Translations under genes and position numbers: made by a program | Notes under the pieces: model-generated | Seen by the model: the letters and a program-made list of their open reading frames with translations, nothing else | The model's database searches: none | What the model was told of the DNA's origin: nothing | Part shown: positions 28,792 to 44,330 of the stretch, in pieces | Position numbering within the stretch: position 1 is the first letter of the stretch | Layout of the letters: every line of letters starts with the position of its first letter | From: Eledone cirrhosa | Lineage: Eukaryota | DNA length: 64,000 nucleotides | NCBI GenBank assembly: GCA_964016885.1 | Contig: OZ024756.1 | Span: 33,294,001-33,358,000, forward strand | Direction: 5' to 3'

Positions 28792-28862
28792 AATATGTAT
28801 ATATATATATATGTATGTATATATATGTATATATATATATATGTATATATATGTATATATAT

Positions 28863-28932
<70 letters not shown>

Positions 28933-28969
28933 TATATATATATGCATATCTATATATATATATATATTA

Positions 28970-29040
<71 letters not shown>

Positions 29041-29069
29041 GTAATATATATATATATATATGTATATAG

Positions 29070-29109
<40 letters not shown>

Positions 29110-29411
29110 ATGTGTTTTTGATTCATGAAGAAAACCAAGTAAGTAATGCAGCAATAATCCGGCACTGTTTAAAACAGTGTGACATAAATACGTTTTGTGA
29201 TGCAGATATAATCAGATCGTCGTACATACCAACATATAAGAACTCAAAATGTTATAAGAATGTACAAAAATAAGTATCTACACTACAAACCCATTCAGTT
29301 GTGTCGAAATTCCGTGGTGTACTGTGATGCGCTAATATTTCAACAAATATGAAAATTGAAACTATATATGTATACAATCGCTATCATTCGTTCTCACCCC
29401 CACCCACCCCC

Positions 29412-29458
<47 letters not shown>

Positions 29459-29485
29459 ATACATATATATATTATATTATATATA

Positions 29486-29518
<33 letters not shown>

Positions 29519-29573
29519 ATATATTATATATATATATATATTACCTATATATCATAAATATATATATTATCTA

Positions 29574-29642
<69 letters not shown>

Positions 29643-29660
29643 ATATATATTATATATATA

Positions 29661-29726
<66 letters not shown>

Positions 29727-29777
29727 GTATATATACTAATTATATATAATATATTATATATATACGTATATTATATT

Positions 29778-29832
<55 letters not shown>

Positions 29833-29837
29833 GGAGA

Positions 29838-29897
<60 letters not shown>

Positions 29898-30323
29898 AAG
29901 CCAAACCAAAATCAAATAGTCAAAAAGTAAATATTTGAAAAAATATTGAATTAAGAAAAGAAAAGCATTGTAGAAGAAAGTTGTTAATTTATGCATCGTG
30001 TATAACACTCTTTACAACTTTGGGGAATTTGTACTCGTTTAAACTGAAGCAAATACATAACTAAATCTTTACAGTTTTATATTTAATAGAATATGAAGAT
30101 TTGTTTGACCACATTAGAATGCTAGAATTTCTATTAAATTTAAGCTTCTGTTTGTTTGTGTCTTTATCTTAAACTACACCCTCACACATCATTTCCTTCA
30201 ACCAGTGTATATAATGTTTGAAGAAAAATAATTGGAAAAGAAGAAAAGAAAAATTGAAAAAAAAAAACACATTCTCCTCTCATTCACTATTTGTACTACC
30301 ATTACTACTACTACTACTACTAC

Positions 30324-30359
<36 letters not shown>

Positions 30360-30381
30360 TAACAACAACAACAACAATAAT

Positions 30382-30535
30382 GGTTTCTTATATAGGCACA
30401 AAGAAAGCAATTCGTAGTGTAGGGGAGTCGATTAAACGGACCCCAGTGAGTGACAGGTAGTTTATTTTGTCGACCCCGTAATGACGAAAGGCAAAGTTAA
30501 CCTCGGTGGAATTTGAACTCAGATCATAAAGGGGC
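30382..30535 (-). mobile_element. 5'-truncated SINE
   Basis: Family core with the GTCGATTAAA subfamily insert. Confidence 0.8.
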
Positions 30536-30569
30536 AAGAAGAAGAAGAAGAAGAAGAAGAATGAAATCA

Positions 30570-31025
30570 TGACAGAATTATGAGATTATCTATTGGAAGC
30601 TCGGTGGTATGTGACATCAGAATTGAAATGAACTACTTTATGTACATCAATCAGAGAGATTGGTTGAGAATGATAACGTAAAGTTAATATGGGACATCGA
30701 TATTTGCGATAATATATAATCAGCAAGGATACACGATATAGTTGTGAGAGAAAGAAGAGAGAGTGTATGTCGAATTATTGATGTCACCATTCCCGAAGAT
30801 GATTTGATTCACTCAGAAACAACTGAGAGATTTGATAAATACCAAGATCTTAGAATTAGTGTCCAAAGAATATGGAACATGTTGAAGAAAAACTAATAAT
30901 GATAGGTGCGCTTTGTTGTGTGGGCAAGAGCTTAGAAACATGGGTAGAAAATCGTGGGATCCAGGCAAATGAAGTATTTTCCTACAGCGAACAACACTCC
31001 TTGAACAGCTCAAATTCTAAGGAGG
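30570..31025 (+). mobile_element. Degraded R4/Dong-like RLE fragment
   Basis: VENDNVKLIWDI...ARIHDIVV...CRIIDVTIP...RFDKYQDLRISVQRIW...IGAL with stops and frameshifts. Confidence 0.7.
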
Positions 31026-31223
31026 GAGACGTGAGCATAAATATCAGGTAATTAGATATAACCCGTCCTTTTTGGTTAGTGATGCGGCTAAAGAATAATA
31101 ATTGGAGAAGAAGTAATGCCTGAGAAAGAAGAAATAGTAAGATAAATCTCTCGAATAGGTACAAGACAAGACATTTCGGCACAGGTGTTAGGTAATTAAT
31201 TGTAAAACATTATTTAATAATAA

Positions 31224-31385
31224 GAGCGGTGAGTTGGCAGTATCGGTAAAGGGTCGGACGCTATGCTTTGCAGCATAGAGTTACGGCCCTTTGCAGAGGT
31301 TAACTTTGCCTTTCATCCTTACGAGGTCGATAAAATAAAGTACTAGTAATTCACTGAGATAATTGTGCCAAAAGTAGAAATAATT
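31224..31385 (+). mobile_element. SINE with internal deletion
   Basis: Family head and core. Confidence 0.85.
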
Positions 31386-31781
31386 ATTTAATAATAAGCT
31401 ACGTTAGGTAGGGACAAATCGATTAAATTCGAAACTAATGAATTAAGCCTAAGCAGTAAAGAATTTATATAGATACATCTATCTACATACAAAAACAAAA
31501 CGCAGATAATGTATTAACTGTTTAAAAAAATAACAAATCAATACTGAATGAAATATATTTTCACTTCTTCCTTTGGGTCTAGGTTAGGAATAGACATCGT
31601 TTTATTCTGAGGCTAATACCACAACGATCAATATTGGCTGTTATTCTCCAATGGTCAAAGGATAATGTCTTAGCCAATTAATGGTCTCGATGTAATTGAT
31701 ATAACAACCCGACAAAGAAAAGGTTTACTGGTATTTCGCGTAAATTAGAAACTATAATTATTATTATCATTATTATTGTCA

Positions 31782-31998
31782 AGGCAGAAGATTGGCAGTA
31801 TCGGTAGAGGGTCGGACACCATGATTTTGCAGTATAGGGATACGTCCCTTTAGGCTCTGAGTTCAAATCCCGCCGATGTTAAATTTGCTTTTCATCCTTA
31901 CGGGGTCGATAAAATAAAGCACCAGTAACGTACTGGGCTCGATTTAATCGACTATCCCCTCCCCCAAAATTACTGGCCCTGTGCCTATACTAGAAATT
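31782..31998 (+). mobile_element. tRNA-derived SINE (longer-tail subfamily)
   Basis: Head, B-box, core and TCGATTTAATCGAC insert. Confidence 0.88.
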
Positions 31999-32366
31999 AT
32001 TATCATTAGTATTGTTGTTGTTGCTGTTGTTATTATTGTTAACTGTGCAAGGCTGATTCAGTAAAACCGAAAGACGTAAGAATAGACAGCATTCACATAT
32101 ACGTAGACACACGCATATATACACACGGGTGTGTATGTGTGTGTGTGTGTTTCTGTTTGTGTGTGTACTATATGTATATATTAAATCTCTATGGAATGAA
32201 TATTATATTTATAATATTTTTCTAATAATACAATGATTTTAAACGAATATGATATGACCATTGGCGCCAAGCCACATCAATACGTGTCCGAAGAGAATTC
32301 ACGTATAATATTTTGTTTTGCAAATTTATATTTATATAAGAAAAAACCCAGACTACATGCATACAA

Positions 32367-32439
<73 letters not shown>

Positions 32440-32920
32440 CAACTAAACTTCAGAGTCAACAAAAGATGTCATTTACAGTATTATAGACATCATGTTTTCA
32501 CGTATGTTTGTAGTTTCATTACATTTTGTTTAGGCATTATATATATATATATATGTGTGTGTATGTTTAATATACATCTAATACATATATATGTCTGTAA
32601 TTCAGTATATTATGATTCACTGAGTGTGTAAACACAGACAATAGAATCATATAAAATGAAATATATGTCAGTTTTTATTTAGAATATTTTGTTCCATCTC
32701 ACATCTGACAGATAATTTAGTTCAACCAAAATGTTGGCATTATAATGCAGATAAAAAACTTACCGGACTAAAATATATATATATATATAAATAATTAAAC
32801 AAAGAAATGGTTAAAACTTATAATGTACATATATGTACGTACGAATGATTGTATGTATGTATGAATTACGTATGTATGTAAGCATGTCTCTATGTCTCTT
32901 TGTGTTTCTCCCTATATGTA

Positions 32921-32961
<41 letters not shown>

Positions 32962-33062
32962 TATGTATATATGTATCTAAATACGCACAGGTATGGTATC
33001 TATTATCAAATATTATGTAGATATTTGTATGTGCAAATATATCTTTGCAATTGTCTCTTGTG

Positions 33063-33113
<51 letters not shown>

Positions 33114-33130
33114 ACAAGAGACAATTGCAA

Positions 33131-34112
<982 letters not shown>

Positions 34113-34261
34113 ATATATATATATATATTATATATATATATATATTATTATTATATATATATTATTATTATTATTATATATTATTGGCAACATGACCCTC
34201 CCAAAGTATAACAATATATATATATATATATAGATAGATATAGATATGTTGATTTAAAACT

Positions 34262-34405
34262 GCACTATCCACAAGTGTTTTTTAACCTTCATATCATGTC
34301 TTCCTATTTTATCTGATGAAAACACAAATATTATTGCATGCTGATATTTGTTTTTGAAATGCGCATAATAAAATACATGGAACTCTTTTAACCATCTTTT
34401 GTTCT

Positions 34406-34406
<1 letters not shown>
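34262..34406 (+). mobile_element. Family E copy; hammerhead 34307-34373
   Basis: Same motif as 19788-19854; the 3' tail runs into (TA)n. Confidence 0.82.
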
Positions 34407-34459
<53 letters not shown>

Positions 34460-34904
34460 TTGTCTATTATTGTCTATTATTTTGTTTCTGAAACTGAAAT
34501 AATGGAGGAGAAATGTATATTTTAAAACAAATTATTATCTGCAAGGCAAATAAATGAATATATTATCTCATGTATATATAAGTTATGAGTGTCGCATGAA
34601 GGGGACATGTGATTCCTACGTCGTTCAACTGGAAATAACAGTGAAATCATTAGGAACACATACATTATGCTTTAATGTTTTAAAAGCTTCTATCATTAAA
34701 CTGCAGTCATGCTGGCTTATAGTATATATTTAGGTGATTATATTGACACGAGTAATCACTTTATTGATCTCAATTTGATGAACGGTTAGTTAACAAGACT
34801 TAAACAAAGTCAAAAACAAATAACAGACATAAACATATAGAATAGAACCTTACGAACTTATAATATATTTGAATAAAACAGTACTAGACCTGAAGAAGCA
34901 TTTT

Positions 34905-34946
<42 letters not shown>

Positions 34947-35044
34947 CAATATATATATATATATATATATAGTTCAAGGTAACAGCAATCAAAGGCACAA
35001 CATGTCTTATTAGTTTCAAGCTTTATATTGGAAAGAGGAAAGAA

Positions 35045-35082
35045 AGTTCGACGCGTCGAACTTAAGCCCTTCTTCAGGAGTT
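35045..35082 (-). ncRNA. Degenerate minimal hammerhead (family I)
   Basis: TC-CTGAAGA-AGGGC(TTAA)GTTC-GA--CGCG-TC-GA: two A residues of GAAA are missing. The 3' tail leads to (TA)n at ~34970. Confidence 0.45.
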
Positions 35083-35119
35083 CACATAGAGACAGGATCA
35101 CAATGGAGAAACAGAAAGA

Positions 35120-35155
<36 letters not shown>

Positions 35156-35513
35156 GCGTGTGCGTGTGTGTGTACAAGACAATGGACGTTTGCCGTTTCC
35201 GATCCAAAATATTGTACACTAGAAATGGTTCCATGCTATATGATGCGGTACACTATTTATATTTGGGGATTAAGCTTATTAACTATAGAAATGTCAACTA
35301 AGTATCCGACAAATAGATGCGTGACATCATTGTCCGGGTTTCAGGCTGACAATCGTAAGTTCATGTGTTAGATTCCCGGCAAAACACCCTCTTTTCCATT
35401 GCTCTAGTCCTCTCATCGGGAAAAAAATTACCTGTACCGTCTAGTTATATATTATATGTTTGTGTATCTATTTCACTATCTATCTATCAATGTTTATATA
35501 CACACACACACCA

Positions 35514-35590
<77 letters not shown>

Positions 35591-36396
35591 GTGTACATGT
35601 GTGCGTAGTAGGTGATTCTTCAGCACAGTAAATCCACAAATGTATAACAATATTGTTAGTTGACGTTTAGTTTAGCTAAAATGTTGGTGTTTCACAGATT
35701 AAAAAATTGCATGAAATTTCAATGTTTTTTTCTCTCTAAAATATAATGCTGATAACGGAAGTTCGACCTACTAAACTTTCGTCCAGCAGGAAAAAAAGAA
35801 AGAAAGGTGATGTAACAGGACCAGATGCAATGTGTTTTCTATGACATTGTTCTATACATATAACACATAAATTCAGGAGATATTTATCAACAAATATGAT
35901 TTTGCTTCTTTTTGCAAAAGTCATTGAACTTTCCTTTGACATTTATGACGAGAAATGTCGGCCATTCAGCATTTAAGAAAAGATTAAAAATTAACAGAAC
36001 AATTACTTTGCACACATATACGTACAACAAAATCAAAGTACGTACACACAACGCAGTCTACAGCTTAGAAAATACGCTAGACATTTGACTATCTTGACCT
36101 TATAGCATTAGTGACTGAACATGATAAATGCTGAATAATGTTATAAAGAAACTCGCTTGGTTTGTAACGACATGACTTCTGAAATTCTTATCAAAAACTA
36201 ACAAGAATAAAGACGAAAAAATGTATAGTTTTATGAAGCAAAATGTTTATTACATCGATAAATATATATATGTTTTCCTTTTAGAATTTGCTTCAGTTTT
36301 TTTGTTTTTTTTTTTGTAATTTTTTTTTTTGCTTTCTTCTCTACATTTAATAAATCAGACTTTCAAAGAATTCACTCTCAAATTGATTTCCTTAAC

Positions 36397-36428
<32 letters not shown>

Positions 36429-36817
36429 CAAATAATATATATATAGAGAGAGAGAGATGTCTGTATACTATGTTCGTCAACCATTAGATCTCTTTGATAT
36501 ATTTTATAAAATTTTACATACAAAATATATGTATGTAGAATTGTGGGCTTATTTCTGTGTGTGGGCGTGGCTGTGTGTGTTTGTATGGAAGTGTGTGTGT
36601 CTCTGTGTGTGAATGTGTATGTGTGTCTAGTCCACATCTAGTCAGTCATGGCAGATGTATTTTATTACATGAATATTCTAAGGGACAATTCATGATGTAA
36701 AATTTCTTGGTAATCTTCTTCTTCTTAGAGTTATGTTACTCCATATAAAAAATCGATGTAACATATATACACTCGCACATACACTTACACACACACACAC
36801 ACATATATATATATATT

Positions 36818-36849
<32 letters not shown>

Positions 36850-36953
36850 TATATATATATATATATATGTAAATATATATATATGATATATCTATACATA
36901 TATATATATGTGTAGATATATATGTATATATCAATAAATAAATAAATAAATAA

Positions 36954-37034
<81 letters not shown>

Positions 37035-37421
37035 ATCGTTCAGAGCGTTTAGCAGAAAACCCTGAATACGCTACACGAATAGAGAAAATATAAAATATAT
37101 TTGAATAGGGTAAGCTGAACATGAATGCATAAGTAATAAATCTTTGAAAACCAAATATCTTTATTGTCCGGAAATATTAACATATCGTAACGTGTGTCAG
37201 TGTAAATGAAAAGGAACAGAAACACAGAAAGACAAAACTGCTGTAAGCATGTTGTTGCAATGTCTTCTTGCATATACATTCTAAGTATGATCTCAAGTGT
37301 ATAGTAAGACATATTTTTAGTAGCTTTGATGGACTATACAAAAGTATGTATATATATATATGCTTATGTATATGTATATGTATAAGTATATATGCAAATA
37401 TAAACCCATAAATATATATAT

Positions 37422-37471
<50 letters not shown>

Positions 37472-37606
37472 TATATATATATTTAGAGATAGATAATATA
37501 TATATATATATATATATATATTCTTAAGCATGCAAACACAATATACAAGAAATATGATGTTTCTATGTATATGTATGTATATATGTATATATACTTATAT
37601 ATATAT

Positions 37607-37656
<50 letters not shown>

Positions 37657-37886
37657 ATATATATATTTATGTATGTGTGTGTGTATATATAAGTGTATAT
37701 ATATATACATATATATCTGAATATATATATACACATGCATACATTCACGCCCTACATATACATGCTTACATACTTGCATACATACGCACATACATACATA
37801 CATACATACATACATACATACATACTTACATACATATGCACACACATACATACATACATACATACATACATACATACATACATACA

Positions 37887-37918
<32 letters not shown>

Positions 37919-38169
37919 CTTCACACATGAAAACATGTTCATAAAGGCATACCTATAGCTATAGTGATGACAAGAGAACTGCAGAACAGCAGAATATTCC
38001 TAACTGAATAATATTAGAATCTATCATTATTATTATATATTATCGATCATATCAATGACTGGAGCAAGCAACTTACTAACACAAGATATATACATTTGCC
38101 GAAATAATGGTATTTATGGGAGTATATATCTTTATTTCTCTAAATCATTTATTATTATTATTATTATTA

Positions 38170-38528
38170 AAAGGAAAATCAGGGTAGAGAGGGAAGTGCT
38201 CTCTTCCCAGCATTTTGTTGAAAGATGGGTGAGAGAAGCAAGTATGGCCCGAATGAATGGGCCTTCTCTGAGTATATATCTGTAAATTAAAGGTGGAAAA
38301 CTGGGAGAGGGCACTTGCCCTGGTGGTCAAGGCCACTGTGGTCTTTTAATGGGCTTTCTACACAAATGTCCCTCGGAAGTCTCCCCCCTATTGGGGAATT
38401 TTTCTTTGTTATTTTATTTCAACCTCTGTTTTTTTTACACGCAGAAATGCCCATTTGTACCGTCCTGTATTGTCCTGTACTGTCCTTAATGTCTACTTTA
38501 TGTAAACCCTTGTGGTTAATAAAGAAAA

Positions 38529-38530
<2 letters not shown>
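38170..38530 (+). mobile_element. Tx1/L1-like LINE 3' end between (TTA)n runs
   Basis: KRKIRVEREVL....FVERW..* resembles Tx1 ORF2 C-termini; pyrimidine-rich UTR ends AATAAAG followed by TTA repeats. Confidence 0.55.
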
Positions 38531-38562
<32 letters not shown>

Positions 38563-38564
<2 letters not shown>

Positions 38565-38852
38565 AGTTAACCTCAGTGTGATTAGAACTCAGACCGTAAA
38601 GGGACGTAACTATGTTAGAAAGCATGGCGTCCAACCATCTACCGATACTGCCAATCCACCGTCATTATTGGCTTCGCAGTATCGGTAGAGGGCCGGACGC
38701 TACGCTTTGACGCATAGAGTTAAGGCCCTTGCCATTCTGAGTTCAAATCCCGCCAAGGTTAACTTTGCCTTTCATCCTTACGGGGGTCGATAAAATAAGG
38801 TACCAGTAATGTACTGGGTTATTGCTGGCCTTGTGCCAAAAGTAGAAACAAT
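38563..38852. mobile_element. Head-to-head SINE pair (38563-38661 -, 38670-38852 +)
   Basis: Two family copies in inverted orientation within TTA repeats. Confidence 0.85.
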
Positions 38853-38906
38853 TATTATTATATATAATATCATATATATATAATATATATATAACATATA
38901 ACAAAC

Positions 38907-38961
<55 letters not shown>

Positions 38962-38974
38962 AAGAAAACAATTT

Positions 38975-39143
38975 ACCACATTCTGAGAAGTGGTATGAGC
39001 ATAAGCCAGAGTCGGTGATAGAGAACGATCAGGTGAAGGTGCTGTGGGATTTTAGGAATACAGACGGACAAGAAACTGGAACACAATAGACCTTACCTGG
39101 TGGTTTTGGACAAGGGAAAAAGATCGTGCCTGATTGTGGATAT
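38975..39143 (+). mobile_element. Fragment of a second R4/Dong-like element (RLE region)
   Basis: PHSEKWYEHKPESVIENDQVKVLWDFR / IQTDKKLEHNRPYLVVLDKGKRSCLIVDI with one frameshift, between TTA repeats. Confidence 0.8.
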
Positions 39144-39160
39144 TATTATTATTATTATTA

Positions 39161-40519
39161 TTTGCATTTATCTTACTTTATGTTTATACGAGTTATCACC
39201 AAGTCACAACCAGTGACCTCAAGAGACAACAAGGTCCGCCATGTTCAAGAAAGAACATACATACTCACACATGCATCTTTAGTGTTTAGACTTGTGATGT
39301 ACTTATATTGACAGTATCTTCCTTAGTATATGGGCAGTTCCCATTAGTACTATCTTTTGTATTTCTCCTATACGCGGGTTTCCTGGGATTTGCGATAAGT
39401 AATCAATAGACCCCTTAGGTATCATTCCCAGAGCGCCTACAACCACTGGTATTGTTTTAGTTCTCAATTTCCACATTTTTCCAATTTCTATCTCCAGGTC
39501 CTTATACTTGCTCAATTTTTCAAATGTTTTTATAGATACATTCTTGTCTATTGGAACAGACATATCAATTAGCAGGCATACCCTCTTTTTAAAGTCCTTC
39601 AATATTATATCAGATCTATTTGCATCTATTTTTCGGTCTGTTTGGATGCTAAAGTTCCACAGGATTGAGATGTGATCTTTTTCAAGTATGGGAGGTGGTT
39701 GATGCTCCCACCAATTCTTTTGATGGGGCATGTCAAAATGCTTACACATTATCCAATGTATGTATTGTGCAGCTCTGTCATGCCTGTTTAGGTATTCGGT
39801 TGGAGCTATAGGACTGCACATTGAAATTATATGGTCAATGGTCTCTGGTTGTTTTTTGCATACACGGCATAATGGGCTGCATCCATTTTTTATTATGTTG
39901 GCTTGGTAATTTTTCGTTGGCAGACACTGATCTTGTGCTGATATAATCAGTCCTTCAGTCTCCGATTTCAGTCCAGAGGATGCCAACCACTGATGGGTTA
40001 AAGTTTTGTCAACATCAGGATTGTTAGCTCGCTCTGGGTATTTTCCATACAGAGGCTTTTCTTGCCATTTCTTAGCCAGTTTCTGTAGCAGTTCTTTCTT
40101 TGCAGTTACTTTTACCTGCTTTGCTTTTTCTGTGTTTTCCATTTCAGCAGTAAATGGGACTTCTGAAATTTGTAGTCCATTACTGTATCTTTGTGCATCT
40201 TTTGTAATGGAATATGATCTTTTGATGCTTTCGTGTTTCAAAACGAGTTTGATCATCCAATCATGTGATTCCCTTAGATATGTAGATAATCCAATTGTCG
40301 CAGTTTTCAACGCAATGTCTAACTGGATTAACCCACGTCCTCCTTCTTTCCTAGGGAGATATATTCTATCTATATCTGCCTTAGGGTGATGCATTCTGTG
40401 CATGGTTAAGAATTTTCGAATTTTTGTATCGAGCCTACGGATCTCTGTGCTTGACCAGTTGATGACATTGTAACTGTAGGTTACTACTGGTATGGCAAGC
40501 GTGTTTATGGCATCGATCC
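39161..40519 (-). mobile_element. 5'-truncated R4/Dong-clade non-LTR retrotransposon inserted in (TAA)n
   Basis: Uninterrupted frame 40519-39303: post-RT HHPKADIDRIYLPRKEGGRGL, AQDQ, CCHC knuckle (CRVC..ETIDHIISMC), RHD, and restriction-like endonuclease R(S)D..LID..EKLSKY..VVGALG. TTA repeats on both sides match known Dong (TAA)n targeting. Confidence 0.9.
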
Positions 40520-41134
40520 TTATTATTATTATTATTATTATTATTAATATTATTATTATTATTATTATTATTATATTGTTATTATTGGTCATTTTTTCTT
40601 TGTTTTTCTTGTTCTTCGTTTTATTATTATTAACAAATTGAAACTGAATGACGAATAAACAATAAAATGTTGTCTTCCTTTTCATCTATTAACACACACC
40701 TAGTTCTAAATATTCCTAAATACAAACCAACGAGAATGCCTCATCGTGATTGCTTTACTTTCAAGTAATAATAGCTAAATTTCCTTTACATTAAACACGT
40801 CGGCTTTACACATTGGGGATGTCAAATTGTATAATATTCTTTTGAAATAAATAGAAAATGATGAAATTTCATAGTTGTAGAGCCTTTGAAATATACACCT
40901 GTCAGATTAAGAACATTTTTAAAAAAATTAAATCAAGTTTTGCGAAAACGCATTTATCTGATATATGTGTTAAACCAATTGTGTCGTGGTAGCTTTGGAG
41001 AGCTTGCATATTATACGTATTATCTTTATGAATAAGCGAATTATATTTTCATGAGTTTACACGTTTGAAAATATATCAAACTAGATATAGTATCATGAGG
41101 AACTTAATAAGTTAAATTTACTTGTTACCTAGAT

Positions 41135-41195
<61 letters not shown>

Positions 41196-41198
<3 letters not shown>

Positions 41199-41421
41199 AG
41201 AGGGGAGTTTTATTGTAGTACAATAAAGCAATGCAGATATCGGATAAGAAGCACTCTACAGTTTGTAGAACTGGAGTATATATAATATATAAGAACAAAA
41301 GATGGTTAAAAGAGTTCCATGTATTTATCTGATGAAAACACAAATATTATTGCATGATGATATTTGTTTTTGAAATGCGCATAATAAAATACATGGAACT
41401 CTTTTAACCATCTTTTGTACT

Positions 41422-41423
<2 letters not shown>
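41196..41423 (+). mobile_element. Family E copy with short inverted arm; hammerhead 41324-41389
   Basis: 41291-41328 is the reverse complement of 41384-41422. 41196-41280 matches 19894-19980 in reverse complement. Confidence 0.82.
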
Positions 41424-41504
<81 letters not shown>

Positions 41505-41766
41505 ACGAAGGAGTTGTGGTAAGGAACCAAATGGACCATAACGCACGCACCAGAATACTCAATACTTAGGGTAGTAGAGTGGGTAATAGGAAAAGGTATG
41601 ACCCCATTCTCTCATATAAAAATGTGTTAAAGACCCCCGATAGGATTCTGTTTTAGAAACTTCTTTTTGTTCTGTGGACTATTGTATATTATTTATCAGA
41701 TTACGTAGCTGCACGAATATAATTGACTCTCGCATAACTGACGTTAATAACATACATCCTTCTATG

Positions 41767-41862
<96 letters not shown>

Positions 41863-42408
41863 CTGTTTGTGTGTGTGTGTGTGTTTGTCTGTGTGTGTAT
41901 GTGTGTGTGTGTGAGTGTGAGTGTTTGTGTTCATACACACACATGCACTTATATATACATATATATATAATTTTATATACGTAAACTTGTAACATAACTA
42001 TTAGAATATAAATACGTTACGATATACCAATTGAAAATTTATATAAAATAGACAGACGTCTGGTTTTGTTAACATGGCTTCCTATGTGTCATTTTGGTGC
42101 CTAAGATATAATTTTCTGATGCCTACACGGCTATGCTGTCAATCATAGGATGTGTGGATATTGAATATTCGCAGATGTACTTTCTCACAATATCTTCATA
42201 CTTCCACGCCTAAGGACTGATCATATGTTCTAGACAGAGTTATCTATCTGAAGTTCTATAAATTTGTCTTAGAAAGATATAAAGAGATTAAGTTTGAGAA
42301 GTTTTAAAGCTCTGTGTTTAAGGTTTTCGGCTCACATAAAGATATGTGTGCGATTCTAGACTGCGCGTTGTGTTATTAATTGTGTATATATACATATATA
42401 CACATACC

Positions 42409-42959
<551 letters not shown>

Positions 42960-43989
42960 TTTCAGTCCATAAATAGCAATCTGCTTCACTGATACTGCTT
43001 TGTTCTTTTCCATTATTGAACACAAATTTTGCCAATGTACCATTTGATATTTTAACCTTGATTTTTGTTTGCAGGTGTTTTCAATCGTATATTTACACCC
43101 TTTTTCTTTGTTATATTAATATATATGACTTATGACTTTTAATTCTTACTATTGTTGCAACACTTTGGATTACTTGATTGTGGATTACTTGATTGTTAGA
43201 GCTTTGAGAGAATTACATTGTCAGATTCCTTCGGTTGGTTTACATTCTGTTTTCAAATGCCACAAACATCAACTTTTCCTCCTTCCAGGTCTATGATTTC
43301 CAGTACGTGTTAAGTGCTGGGGCTGGTATAATAAATGTTCCTGCTTTTGTGCCTAAAGTAGAAAGAATTATTTATATTGCTGTTATTGTTTTGAAATATG
43401 GAGACACATTCAAATATATCTCGACGAATACTTGGATGTTTTATTTCGCAGTTTTTCTTTCAAGTAAAAATAATTATAAAAATAAAATCAAACATATTTT
43501 GTGAATATTAATATAGTGACATCAGAGATATTTTGGATGTAATAGGTAGACCCCATTGTGACCGCCAGACATTGGAATGGAATACACAATAGTATTGGAA
43601 TTAGACAATGCATACTTCATGAAATATAAGAGAATAAGTTTTAATTCAACAGATCTATCATGTTAAAGGTGTTTAGCTTTAATTCAACAGATCTATCGTG
43701 TTATAGTTTAACTTTAATTCAACAGACCTCTCATGTTGATAATGTGGATTTAAAGGTATTATATTTAGAAACAAAAAGAGAAGATCCCATTAGCAGTGTA
43801 GGATGGGTACATTTTATAGTGGTACACTACAACTAGTTGAACGAGTGAGACACACCGGTCTAAATTATTTACCACTATAGAGAGGGATTGAGAGAACACA
43901 TCAAGACGGAAAACTCACTTGACGTTTGATGACCAGGAAATCCACATGGCGTGTTAAACACGAATGAAGCAGCATCGTTTGTTTTTGAT

Positions 43990-44330
43990 GTTGTTGAACA
44001 TCAGTCAGTTGCGAAGTCGAATATTTAAGCTGTTCGAAAAATAAAACAACTACTCGTGAAAGTAAAATGCACGTGGCTGAGTACTCCACAAACCCATTCA
44101 CTGTAAAGTAGTTCCCAGGAATATTCAGCAAAGCATACTGGGAATCCAGATTAGCCTTCTGAATGACTGGTGCAATTTATCTTTACCGGTTAATAGGAGA
44201 GGTGCATTACAGAATTACCGGTTAATAGGACGGGTGCATTACAGAATAAATTTGTTTTCCAATGAAATAACGAGCGACCGAGAATCAACCGTCTGAGTTT
44301 ACGATTGTGAACCGAACATGTTAAGCCATG
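43990..44330 (-). mobile_element. Decayed second SINE family (related relics at ~47560-47670 -, ~54200-54460 +, ~35320-35440 +)
   Basis: tRNA-like head on the minus strand and GTGGAGTACTCAGCCAC..TGCA..TTTCACGAG tail. The other relics carry a CORE-like GCAAGGCAC..TTTCAC.TTGCTCCAGTC. Confidence 0.5.

Noticed and set aside
40520-40685. N-terminal part of the 460-aa ORF
   Set aside because: Read-through of (TAA)n and flank; retrotransposon homology begins only at ~40519.
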